Part shown: positions 18,092-27,048 of the stretch, one piece after another | Layout: the number at the start of each line of letters is the position of its first letter | Position numbering within the stretch: position 1 is the first letter of the stretch | Assembly: GCA_040260805.1 (NCBI GenBank) | Contig: JBDQPD010000037.1 | Span: 1 to 32,378 of the forward strand | Direction of reading: 5' to 3' | Length of the DNA: 32,378 nucleotides | Source of the DNA: Myxococcota bacterium | GTDB lineage: Bacteria; Myxococcota; UBA4151 | Position numbers and translations under genes: made by a program | The notes under the pieces: generated by a model | The model's database searches: none | What the model was told of the DNA's origin: nothing | The model's input: only the letters and a program-made list of their open reading frames with translations

Positions 18092-18813
18092 CGGTGCTGT
18101 GCATTGGCGGTCTGGACCCTCTGGGTCGGGCGGGCTTGTCGGTTGACCGGTCAGCTTGCGCTGCAATGGGGGTTCAGGCTGCCACCGTTTGCACCGCACT
18201 GACCGCTCAAAATGATCAAGACTGCCAAGTCGAAACGGTCTCGAGCGCATTTTTCAAAACCCAACTCGAGATGGTGTCACGGCAGCTGGATCTTCGAGTG
18301 GTTAAAGTGGGCTGGATAGCTGACGAAGAGCAGCTCAAAGCTTTGCTCGACTGGTTGCCGAAATCCGTTGTGTTGGTTGCAGACCCGCTGCTTGCGACGA
18401 GCTCAGGCGTGCGCGTGTACCGTGATGACCCACGCGGTGCGGGCTATATGGACTACCTTAAGCGAGCGGATTTGGTGTTGCCGAATTGGATGGAGGCATC
18501 AGCGATCCTTGGGGCGCCGATCGAAGATGCTAGTGAAGCTGCGAGTGCCTTGAGGGTGATCGGTATTAAGCGATTGATCCTCAAGGGCGGGCACAGCGGG
18601 CGAGACCCCATCGATGACCTTTTTATCGACACCGATGGAGGGATGAGCATTTTTCGTCATGCGCGTTGCTCGGGACAACACCGAGGGACCGGCTGCCGGC
18701 TCGCTTCTGCGGTGGCAGCAGCGCTGAGTCAGGGCGCCTCTTTTGAGCGAGCCGCCAGCGTGGGTATCGATTGGTTAGTCGCTCAGATCAGCGCGGCCGC
18801 GGCCGCGCAGTAG
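18088..18813 (+). CDS. thiD: Hydroxymethylpyrimidine/phosphomethylpyrimidine kinase
   Basis: VLCIGGLDP.GRAG, TALTAQN, VKVG, VADP, PNWMEA, LKGGH, GTGC anion-hole motif; ATGA overlap with thiE. Confidence 0.87.
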   Translation: MTVLCIGGLDPLGRAGLSVDRSACAAMGVQAATVCTALTAQNDQDCQVETVSSAFFKTQLEMVSRQLDLRVVKVGWIADEEQLKALLDWLPKSVVLVADPLLATSSGVRVYRDDPRGAGYMDYLKRADLVLPNWMEASAILGAPIEDASEAASALRVIGIKRLILKGGHSGRDPIDDLFIDTDGGMSIFRHARCSGQHRGTGCRLASAVAAALSQGASFERAASVGIDWLVAQISAAAAAQ

Positions 18814-18968
18814 CGATCATAAGTCGCTGTTAAAGTTCGAAACACATATTTTTTGTGAAAAATTAAATGCCGCTTATGCGGCGGGTCGGTTTTTCTGACC
18901 CGAGGGGGGTTTGACCCGACCATGGCTTCGCAGACCTGGGGTGATGCTCAGGTAACGGAGCAATCAAG

Positions 18969-19853
18969 TTGTCTTACAGAAACAGCATCTTTCATGGTTC
19001 CGCAGCTCAAATGGCTGCGCTCCCCGATGACTCGGTCGATCTGATCTTTACCTCACCGCCTTACGAGGCGCGCAAGGTCTACGATACGCCAGATGGTGAT
19101 ATTGGGAGATTGCGAGGCGATGAGTTTATCGACGCACTTAAGCCCATCATGCAGGAGTGCTTCCGGGTGCTCAAACCGACCGGGAACTTCTTTTTGAACT
19201 TCCAAGGACAGTACTGTGATGGTCGATTCAGCCTGACGGAAGCTAAGATCCCGATCGTGGCTGTTGAGGATATTGGTTACGATTACATCCAGCCATTTTA
19301 TTGGACCAAAACGCGTCCAAAACCGGATAATTACAGCCGACGTCTGAAAAATGTGAATGAGATTATTTATCATTTCACCAAAGACGCTGATCAGTACGCT
19401 GTCTACAAAGATTCGGTGCGTGAGCCGAGTCGCTATCAAGGTCATGATCAAACCTGTAAACTGTGCAGCTCGACCCTTCCTGGCCGGATGGATAAGCGAG
19501 CTTGGAAATACAACCCTAAAGGGCGTGATCCAGGCAACGTGATCTATTCAAAAGGAGCGACGGGGCAAGGCTCGGGTGATACCTGGAACAAGGCGACCAA
19601 GCGACCCAAACGAGATATCCATCCGGCGCTGATGCCGATCGAACTCGCTGACTTTTTTGTCAACTACGGCAGCACTGAGGGTGACCTGGTGCTCGATCCG
19701 TTTATGGGTTCAGGAACGACGGGAATCTCTGCCGCTCGCATGGGGCGAGACTTTGTCGGCTACGATGTGTCGAGCAAGTATGTGAACGAGGCTGCTGTGC
19801 GCTGCCAAGAGGCACAGGATTTCTACCTCGAGCACCTGCGTCAGGCGGTTTAG
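18969..19853 (+). CDS. Orphan site-specific DNA amino-methyltransferase, beta class (probably N4-cytosine)
   Basis: Catalytic motif IFTSPPY near the N-terminus; HPA.MP and SAM-binding LDPFMGSGTT near the C-terminus; TTG start after GGAG. Confidence 0.9.
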   Translation: MSYRNSIFHGSAAQMAALPDDSVDLIFTSPPYEARKVYDTPDGDIGRLRGDEFIDALKPIMQECFRVLKPTGNFFLNFQGQYCDGRFSLTEAKIPIVAVEDIGYDYIQPFYWTKTRPKPDNYSRRLKNVNEIIYHFTKDADQYAVYKDSVREPSRYQGHDQTCKLCSSTLPGRMDKRAWKYNPKGRDPGNVIYSKGATGQGSGDTWNKATKRPKRDIHPALMPIELADFFVNYGSTEGDLVLDPFMGSGTTGISAARMGRDFVGYDVSSKYVNEAAVRCQEAQDFYLEHLRQAV

Positions 19854-19865
19854 ACCGCGCTCAAG

Positions 19866-22085
19866 TCAGCGGGTTTCGCAGATCCCAACCACTGAGCCTT
19901 GAGCGAGGTTACACCGATCATTGCCATCGCAATCGGCGTCGTTCGCACAGGTTCTTGTGCAGCGCTGACTCGCGCCGCAGAAGTAGCCATCTGGGCACTC
20001 GCTGTTCCCTGTACACGCCTCACCAGCACCGACTCGGTCATTGACCGCTGCCAATGCCGTGCAGTGGCTGGTTCGTTGCGTGGTGAGCAAGGTGGCGCAG
20101 CGTCCATTTACGCCGCAGCTTGACCGGGCGATCACATCGCATTGCTCCGCTCTCGGGATGCACGCGAACACATAGTATTCACCATCTAGAGCCGCCATGC
20201 AGGTTGTATCGCCTGCGCAGCCCACCCGGCCGTGAGCGCCTGGTCGAGAACAGGTTGCGCGGCAATGCATATCTCCGGCTTGGTCAAATCCGGTACACAA
20301 AAGACCGCCGCCGCATTGCTGAGCGTTGTTGGCGCGATCAACACCCCAGCTGCAGGCGGCGTTTGCCCGCAGGCTGCCGCCCTCAAAGCACAATCCAACC
20401 CACTCATTCACACCGCCGCTGACCTCGTAGCAGTGACCGTCTTGCGGGTTCTCGATATCGTTGGCGCAGCTTCCGCCGAGGTTACCGTTATCAATGGTGT
20501 TAAATGCTGGACTCAGTTCGGCCGGGCTCCCACACAGCGTGTACCAACATAAACGGGCATTGCTTACGGTCTGACAGCTCGCAAAGCGGGTCTGGCAGTC
20601 CGTATTTTGGGTACAGCTTTGAACGCAGCTGCGACCATCTCCAACCGTCTGGCAGCGGGTGTTCTCGATGCAGTCGACCTGAGCTAGGCAGGTGTTGAAT
20701 TCATTCACCTTACAGCGGTTGGCTTGGCAGGTGACGAAGGTGTCTTCTTCGTCGGCATCAGTGAAATCACAATCCGCCTCGGCGGCACAGGCATGGTGCC
20801 TAAGATCATGACAGGTTCCGCGCTGAGCACCGGCTGGCACCCGGCAACGACCATAATCTCCGGGGCAGTTTTCGTGCCGTGCGCAGGTCGCAAAACATTG
20901 GTCACACGCGTCGGCCGGGTCTTCGTTGCCGTCGTCGCAGACCTCATAACCTTCTTGGTCTGGGTTGCGGTCCGTGCGCCGCACCCCGTCGCCGCAACGA
21001 GCGACTAAGCAGCGGTTAAGACAGTTGTCTGAATCGACTCGGTTCCCATCATCGCAGCTCTCAAAACCGTTTTGACCCTCGACCAAGTCGGTCCGAACGA
21101 CGCCATCACCGCAGCGCCCTACGACGCAAGTGTTCCGGCAGCTGTCCGTATCGACTCGGTTGCCATCGTCACAGGCTTCTCCCGCCTCGATGCGTCCGTT
21201 GCCGCAAGCAGGTGCTCGGCAGGTGTTGGAGCAATCATCGCCATCGACTGGGTTCCCATCGTCGCAATCTTCATAGCCTGGTTGCCCTTCGATGATATCT
21301 TGTCGGGTGATCCCATCACCGCAGCGCGCGTCGCGGCACTGGGCAGTGCAAGCGTCTTCACTAATGCGGTTGCCGTCGTCGCAGGTTTCAGCGCCGGGTT
21401 CACTCGGCTGAAGGTCTCTGCGCGTGATGCCGTCGCCGCAGGTCGCTAAAGCGCAATTGTTGAGACAGGCGTCGTCGTTGATTTGATTCCCATCATCACA
21501 GGCTTCACCTGGACCAAGCTCCCCGTCGCCGCAGCTCGGCGTCTGACAGTTGGATAAGCACTCGTCCGTTTCAATGGCGTTTCCGTCATCACAAGCTTCG
21601 TAGCCAAGCTCATCGACGCTCAGATCGGTGCGTCGGATGCCATCGCCGCAACGCGCGGCTTGGCAAGTCGCTAGGCACGCATCGTCGTCTGCAGCGTTCG
21701 CGTCGTCACAATCTTCATGACCGCGCGCCCCGGAGGCGATATCCGTTCGAGTGACGCCATCACCACAGCGCGCTGGCGTGCAGTCGTTACGGCAGGCGTC
21801 CGTGTCGATACGGTTGCCGTCGTCGCAATCCTCTTCGTCCGGGTTCACCTCACCATCACCGCAATTCGATGCTTCGCAGGTGTTGCTGCAGGCGTCGTCA
21901 TTAAAGCGATTGCCATCATCGCATTGCTCGCCCTCTTCGACGGTGCCGTTGCCGCAGATTGATCCCACGGCGCCGGCATCAAAACGAGGCGCTTGTTGAC
22001 CGCTATCTGTTGAGCCGCCGACGCCCGAGGTGTCTGGACCACAAGCAGCGACGAGCAGGCATAAAACAAAGCAAGATAGGCGCAT
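19866..22085 (-). CDS. Cys-rich lipoprotein with ten myxobacterial CGDG...CDDGN (DUF4215-type) repeats and a Cys-rich C-terminal region
   Basis: Signal MRLSCFVLCLLVAA-C; ten CG(D/N)G-x-CDD(G/A)N-x-C-x-C units; further CxxxxDC modules. Confidence 0.88.
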   Translation of the reverse strand: MRLSCFVLCLLVAACGPDTSGVGGSTDSGQQAPRFDAGAVGSICGNGTVEEGEQCDDGNRFNDDACSNTCEASNCGDGEVNPDEEDCDDGNRIDTDACRNDCTPARCGDGVTRTDIASGARGHEDCDDANAADDDACLATCQAARCGDGIRRTDLSVDELGYEACDDGNAIETDECLSNCQTPSCGDGELGPGEACDDGNQINDDACLNNCALATCGDGITRRDLQPSEPGAETCDDGNRISEDACTAQCRDARCGDGITRQDIIEGQPGYEDCDDGNPVDGDDCSNTCRAPACGNGRIEAGEACDDGNRVDTDSCRNTCVVGRCGDGVVRTDLVEGQNGFESCDDGNRVDSDNCLNRCLVARCGDGVRRTDRNPDQEGYEVCDDGNEDPADACDQCFATCARHENCPGDYGRCRVPAGAQRGTCHDLRHHACAAEADCDFTDADEEDTFVTCQANRCKVNEFNTCLAQVDCIENTRCQTVGDGRSCVQSCTQNTDCQTRFASCQTVSNARLCWYTLCGSPAELSPAFNTIDNGNLGGSCANDIENPQDGHCYEVSGGVNEWVGLCFEGGSLRANAACSWGVDRANNAQQCGGGLLCTGFDQAGDMHCRATCSRPGAHGRVGCAGDTTCMAALDGEYYVFACIPRAEQCDVIARSSCGVNGRCATLLTTQRTSHCTALAAVNDRVGAGEACTGNSECPDGYFCGASQRCTRTCANDADCDGNDRCNLAQGSVVGICETR
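20895..21956 (-). repeat. Intragenic array of ten Cys-rich repeats
   Basis: Units read directly from the translation, from CGNGTVEEGEQCDDGN to CGDGVRRTD...CDDGNEDPADACDQC. Confidence 0.85.
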
Positions 22086-22161
22086 CAGCAAGGCTCCACT
22101 TGGGGCTTTCAACCAGCGCGCAGCCTAGCTTGGACCGGGGGTCGGGACAAGCCGATCTTCT

Positions 22162-25008
22162 TTAGCGTGAAGCGAAGAGCTTTTTCAGCCAGCGCCCCGT
22201 CGAGCTCGCCTTATTTTTAGACAAGGCCTCTGGAGACCCTGTGGCGATGACTTGTCCGCCGCCGTCGCCACCCTCTGGCCCTAAATCAATGACGTGATCA
22301 GACGAGGCGATGACGTCGAGGTTGTGCTCGATGACGAGCACTGTGTTTCCGTCGTCGGTGAGTCGATGCAAAACAGCGAGCAGCTTTTTGATGTCATCAA
22401 AGTGCAAGCCGGTGGTCGGCTCATCCAAAATGTAGAGTGTTTTTCCCGTGCTGCGCTTGCTGAGCTCTTTAGCGAGCTTGATACGTTGAGCTTCGCCGCC
22501 GCTGAGCGTGGTCGCCGCTTGACCCAGCGCGATATACCCCAAGCCCACATCCAAAAGCGTGTCGAGTTTACGGCAGATCTTTGGAAAGGCTTCGAGCAAC
22601 TGGCGCGCTTCGAGGATGCTCAAGTCGAGCAAGTCGGCGATCGAATGCCCTCGGTATTGAACCTCGAGGGTTTCTCGGTTGTAGCGTCGTCCAGAGCAGG
22701 TCTCACAGGTGACAAAAACATCGGGTAGGAAATGCATTTCGATGCGGATCATTCCACCGCCGCCACAGTTTTCGCAGCGCCCGCCTTTGACATTGAACGA
22801 AAACCGACCGGGCTTATAGCCTCGAACTTTTGCCTCAGGAAGCGCTGCATAGAGGTCTCGGACATCACTAAAGACGCCGGTGTACGTGGCTGGATTTGAG
22901 CGCGGCGTTCGGCCGATCGGGGCTTGCGAAATAGGTACCAGCTTGTCGAGGTGTTTTAGGCCGTCGATGCTGTCATGAGGCTCAGGAAGTTTTTTGTCGC
23001 CCTCAAGGCCTAGATGTTGTCTCAGGGCGCGTTCTAAAGTCTGGCGAACCAGCGTCGACTTTCCGGACCCAGAGACCCCTGTAACCGCCAGAAAGCGCCC
23101 CAAAGGAAAGGCGACGTCAATCCCGCGCAGGTTGTTTCCTCGTGCTCCTCGCAACACCAGCTCATGTCCGTTGCCCGGACGGTTTCGGCTGGGTTGGTCG
23201 ATCTGTGCTTTGCCGCTTAGATAAGCTCCGGTCAGGCTGCGTTTAGAGCGCATCAATTGAGCCGCTGTTCCTTGGGCGACCAAATCACCACCATGAACCC
23301 CGGCGCCGGGTCCTAAGTCGATGATCGTATCGGCAGCGCGCATCGTCTCTTCGTCGTGTTCGACTACGATCACCGTGTTTCCAAGGTCGCGCAGGCGCTG
23401 AAGGCTCTCGAGCAGGCGGGCGTTGTCGCGCTGATGGAGCCCGATGCTCGGCTCATCAAGAACATACAAAACACCCGTCAGCGCTGAGCCGATCTGAGTC
23501 GCTAGCCGAATACGCTGTGCCTCGCCGCCGCTTAGGGTCCCGGCGCTTCTCAACAGGCTCAGGTAATTCAGCCCTACGCTGTCGAGAAACCGAAGCCGGC
23601 TGACCACCTCTTTGAGGATACGCCCCGCCACCTCGGCGCGGTGACCATCAAGCTTGATGCCCTCAAGCAAGCCGAGCGCGTTGCGGATGCTCATGGCGCT
23701 GATGGTCGGTAGGTTGTGCTCGCCCACAAAAACGTGCCGCGCTTCAAGCCGTAAGCGCGAGCCGCCACAGTCCTTGCATGGCGACCGTCGTTGATAGTTC
23801 CGCATCTCAGCGCGGATCATCTCTGAGCTGGTCTCAAGCAGCCTGCGTTGGCAATTTGGGATCACACCCTCAAACCGCTTTTGAAAACGCACCATTCGAT
23901 TGCGACGCCTCATCGTGTAGGCAATGCGTTTTCGCCCGGCGCCATACAAAACGCGCTTACGGAAACGTTCAGGCAAGTCTTTCCAGGGTTGGTTGACGTC
24001 GACGTCGTCGTGAGCCCCGAGGCTTTCGATCGCCGCTTTGCCCCAAGCGCCATGCTTGGCGCCCCAGCCGCTGGGTTTGAGGCAGTCTTGGTAGATGCTC
24101 AGGTTCGGGTCGGCGATGATCAGGTCTTCAACGAACTGACTCTCCTCGCCCAGACCATCGCAGGCGGGACAGGCGCCAGCTGGATTGTTAAACGAGAACA
24201 GGCGCGGCTCGAGCGCAGGAAATGAGAACCCGTGCTCTGGGCAGGCGCTGTGCTCGGAGTATTGTTCGCCTTTACCCTGTGTATTTTCGACGCGAACCAT
24301 GCCGTTGCCGACTTTGAGCGCCAGCTCGACCGCTTCGGTCAGGCGCCCTCGGTGTTTATGCTCTTCACCAGGTTTTAGGATCAATCGATCGACCACAGCC
24401 TCGATCGTCGATTTGAATTTCTTATCTAGGGCTGGGACGTCATCGATGCCCATGACCTCGCCATTAAGCCGAACGCGCACGAAGCCTTCACCGCGCAGCC
24501 CATCAAAGACATCGCGATGTTCGCCTTTGCGATCGTTAACGACCGGCGCGAGCACCAAGACTCGCTCTCCGGGGGGATTACTCAGGACATGATCCACAAT
24601 AGACTCTGCGCTTTGACCCTCAATCGAGCGATCGCATTCGGGGCACTTTGGCGTTCCCGCTCGAGCAAAAAGCAACCGAAGATAATCGTGAATTTCGGTC
24701 ACGGTTCCGACGGTCGAGCGGGGGTTCTTAGAGGTGGTTTTTTGTTCGATCGAAATCGCTGGCGACAAACCCTCAATGCTGTCGACATCGGGTTTGCGCT
24801 GAAGGTTCAAAAACTGGCGTGCGTAGGCCGAGAGACTCTCGACGTAGCGTCGCTGCCCTTCTGCATAAAGGGTCTCAAAGGCGAGCGATGATTTGCCCGA
24901 CCCTGAAGGACCGGTGATCACCACGAGCTGATCTTTCGGGAGATCCAAATCGAGGTTCTTCAGGTTGTGCTGACGTGCGCCGCGTATGCGAATAAATGGA
25001 TCGCTCAC
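22162..25008 (-). CDS. uvrA: Excinuclease ABC subunit A
   Basis: IRGARQHNLKN, GPSGSGKSSLAF, two LSGGEAQR signatures, GVSGSGKS, zinc fingers; GTG start at 25008 after AAGGAGG. Confidence 0.98.
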   Translation of the reverse strand: MSDPFIRIRGARQHNLKNLDLDLPKDQLVVITGPSGSGKSSLAFETLYAEGQRRYVESLSAYARQFLNLQRKPDVDSIEGLSPAISIEQKTTSKNPRSTVGTVTEIHDYLRLLFARAGTPKCPECDRSIEGQSAESIVDHVLSNPPGERVLVLAPVVNDRKGEHRDVFDGLRGEGFVRVRLNGEVMGIDDVPALDKKFKSTIEAVVDRLILKPGEEHKHRGRLTEAVELALKVGNGMVRVENTQGKGEQYSEHSACPEHGFSFPALEPRLFSFNNPAGACPACDGLGEESQFVEDLIIADPNLSIYQDCLKPSGWGAKHGAWGKAAIESLGAHDDVDVNQPWKDLPERFRKRVLYGAGRKRIAYTMRRRNRMVRFQKRFEGVIPNCQRRLLETSSEMIRAEMRNYQRRSPCKDCGGSRLRLEARHVFVGEHNLPTISAMSIRNALGLLEGIKLDGHRAEVAGRILKEVVSRLRFLDSVGLNYLSLLRSAGTLSGGEAQRIRLATQIGSALTGVLYVLDEPSIGLHQRDNARLLESLQRLRDLGNTVIVVEHDEETMRAADTIIDLGPGAGVHGGDLVAQGTAAQLMRSKRSLTGAYLSGKAQIDQPSRNRPGNGHELVLRGARGNNLRGIDVAFPLGRFLAVTGVSGSGKSTLVRQTLERALRQHLGLEGDKKLPEPHDSIDGLKHLDKLVPISQAPIGRTPRSNPATYTGVFSDVRDLYAALPEAKVRGYKPGRFSFNVKGGRCENCGGGGMIRIEMHFLPDVFVTCETCSGRRYNRETLEVQYRGHSIADLLDLSILEARQLLEAFPKICRKLDTLLDVGLGYIALGQAATTLSGGEAQRIKLAKELSKRSTGKTLYILDEPTTGLHFDDIKKLLAVLHRLTDDGNTVLVIEHNLDVIASSDHVIDLGPEGGDGGGQVIATGSPEALSKNKASSTGRWLKKLFASR

Positions 25009-25089
25009 ACTGGCCTCCTTCACTCCGGCTGTATCCACGCCAAGCCAGCGCGAGACAAGGGCGTTGCGTTCGATTCACATCGCAACCCG

Positions 25090-25102
25090 CAAGCATCTGA
25101 TA
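25090..25102 (-). promoter_or_regulatory. Putative IHF binding site
   Basis: Minus strand TATCAGATGCTTG matches WATCAR-N4-TTR, with an adjacent A/T tract (25111-25119). Confidence 0.4.
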
Positions 25103-25118
25103 AATCGCTGTAAATTTT

Positions 25119-25134
25119 TGGCATAAACCACGCA
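25119..25134 (+). promoter_or_regulatory. Putative sigma54 -24/-12 promoter
   Basis: TGGCATAAACCACGCA: GG-N10-GC spacing with TGGCA and GCA, 36 bp upstream of the ATG at 25171. Confidence 0.5.
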
Positions 25135-25170
25135 TTGGGCAGGGCTGCCGACTCAACGGCAAAGGAGAAC

Positions 25171-25416
25171 ATGATGTCTTATCCTCAACCTCAGGCGGGC
25201 CCCAGCCCCAGCGCAGCTCCAGCCTTCGACGTCGTCACCGTCCGGGGTTATAAAGACCGAAGCGGTGAAGATCGAGCAGCCTATACTCGGATCGGCGCTG
25301 CTTGGCGTCGCGATCGCGGCGGTTTTAAGCTGCGATTAGATGCCCTCCCCATCAACGATACGATCTTTCTTTTTGAGCGCAGAGAAGACGCTAAAATGGG
25401 TGAGTTGAGCTCATGA
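25171..25416 (+). CDS. Small hypothetical protein (YTRIGAAW...GFKLRLDALP)
   Basis: AAGGAG RBS directly upstream; 81 aa; ATGA overlap with comEA. Confidence 0.8.
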   Translation: MMSYPQPQAGPSPSAAPAFDVVTVRGYKDRSGEDRAAYTRIGAAWRRDRGGFKLRLDALPINDTIFLFERREDAKMGELSS

Positions 25417-25703
25417 AAATGCTGATTATTTTGGTTTTAGGGTTGTTGGCTTCCGAGTCGTTTGCCGCGTCGAAACTGGTGGGTCAGGTGAATATTAATG
25501 AGGCCACTCAGGCGTCTTTGGTGCTGCTCCCTGGAGTCGGCCCAAAACGCGCAAAGGCCATCATCACCTTGCGCCAAAAGAGACCCTTTCGACGAGCCGT
25601 TCAGCTCAGACGTATACGGGGTATTGGTCGGCGAACCCTCATGAAAATGCTGCCCTTTGTCAGGCTTCAAGGGCCAACAAACCTGCGTCGAGTCAGCCCG
25701 TAG
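25413..25703 (+). CDS. comEA: ComEA-family helix-hairpin-helix DNA-binding protein with signal peptide
   Basis: Signal peptide ending SFA; VNINEAT..L..LPGVGPKRAKAII and F....L.RIRGIG.RT HhH pair. Confidence 0.88.
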   Translation: MKMLIILVLGLLASESFAASKLVGQVNINEATQASLVLLPGVGPKRAKAIITLRQKRPFRRAVQLRRIRGIGRRTLMKMLPFVRLQGPTNLRRVSP

Positions 25704-25767
25704 ATTTTTGCGACGTTGACGGCCGAGGCCGCCATCGGCACCTACCCCTACACACAAGGGGGCGCTG

Positions 25768-27048
25768 ATGGCGGCTCAGACCACTCCGGGTTTACCGGCT
25801 CGACTGCTCGCTTTGCGTTTGCTTGAGCGCATTGATGATGAGGGAACCTGGCTAAATCGGGCGCTTGGCGCCGAAGCCGCTCGCACTGGCTTGAGTGCTG
25901 CCGACACCGGTTTAGTTTTAGCCTTATGTCAGTCGGTACTGCGCCGCCGGCCGGCTTTGCATTTTGTGATCAGTCAGTGTGCGCGGCAGGGTAAGGTTCC
26001 GAAGCCGGTGCAGCGAGTTCTTGAGGTCGGCTTGGTGCAGATTTTGTTTCTTGATCGCATTCCGGACCATGCGGCTGTCGACCTTGCGGTTCGGTCTGCA
26101 AAGAAGCTCGGGCACCATCGCCATTCGGGTTTGGTCAACGGTATGCTCCGACGCGTGATTCGCGAAAAACAAGACTGGCTCGAGCGGATCGAGAGTCATG
26201 ACGACGGGGCTCTTTGTGGCCCTGCTCCGCGTGTCATCTTTAAACGCTGGGTAGCTCAGATGGGTTTGGCTGGAGCCCTTCAGCTGCAGCGCGCGTTAGC
26301 TGAGCCTGCGGTTGTCGATGCGCGGGTTGACCAAGGTACGCTGAGCTCGTGGTGCGAGCAGCTCGGTGCCCACCCAATCAAGGGGGAACCTGAGCGCATG
26401 CAGTTACCCTCTGGGTCCCCAAGCGAGCTCGCAGGGTTTGCTCAGGGTGCATGGACAATTCAGGATCGTAACGCGGCGCGGATCGTGCCCTTGCTTCCAG
26501 CGGGGGGACAGCGGATCGCTGATTTGTGCGCTGCGCCCGGTGGTAAAACGACTCAAATCGCTCGAATTAATGACCCAGAGGATCTGTTTGCTTTTGAATT
26601 GCACGCGCACCGCGCAAAGTTGGTCACTCAAGCGCTGGATCGCTGCGGGCTTGAGGCTCAGGTCATCGTGGGTGATGCGGTCGAGCTGTGCGCCAAGCAC
26701 GGGCCTTTTGATCGGATCGTGCTGGACGCGCCGTGCAGTGGCCTTGGCACCCTGCGCCGTCATCCCGAGATTGGTCACCGCTATCAGTTGCGATCGCTCG
26801 CCGAGTCAGCGAAGATCCAGTCTCGTTTGCTTGCTGCCGGTGTGGCGGCGCTATCTCCTGGCGGATTCTTGGTCTATTCGGTGTGCAGCCTAGAACCCGA
26901 AGAGGGTGAGGCGATCATTGCCCAGGCGTTGGCGTCGGGCGAGGTGTCCTTAGTGGATGACCCACGCCTCCCTGGCGGGATGGGTTGCTTGGGCCTAGAC
27001 GGCGTGGGTGACGGCTTCTTTGTCGCTGTTTTGGAGAAAAAACCATGA
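25768..27048 (+). CDS. rsmB: 16S rRNA m5C967 methyltransferase RsmB/Sun
   Basis: NusB-like N-terminus (IPDHAAV, LVNGMLR); IQD, DLCAAPGGKT, DAPCSGLGTLRRHPE, YSVCS.EPEE. Confidence 0.92.
   Translation: MAAQTTPGLPARLLALRLLERIDDEGTWLNRALGAEAARTGLSAADTGLVLALCQSVLRRRPALHFVISQCARQGKVPKPVQRVLEVGLVQILFLDRIPDHAAVDLAVRSAKKLGHHRHSGLVNGMLRRVIREKQDWLERIESHDDGALCGPAPRVIFKRWVAQMGLAGALQLQRALAEPAVVDARVDQGTLSSWCEQLGAHPIKGEPERMQLPSGSPSELAGFAQGAWTIQDRNAARIVPLLPAGGQRIADLCAAPGGKTTQIARINDPEDLFAFELHAHRAKLVTQALDRCGLEAQVIVGDAVELCAKHGPFDRIVLDAPCSGLGTLRRHPEIGHRYQLRSLAESAKIQSRLLAAGVAALSPGGFLVYSVCSLEPEEGEAIIAQALASGEVSLVDDPRLPGGMGCLGLDGVGDGFFVAVLEKKP

Noticed and set aside
18969..22085. Restriction-modification or defence pair formed by the MTase and the downstream gene
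   Set aside because: The downstream gene is convergent and encodes a secreted Cys-rich lipoprotein with no nuclease motif.
25009..25170. LexA/SOS box upstream of uvrA
   Set aside because: No clear match to the E. coli CTGT-N8-ACAG, Gram-positive GAAC-N4-GTTC or Myxococcus-type box that I could verify.
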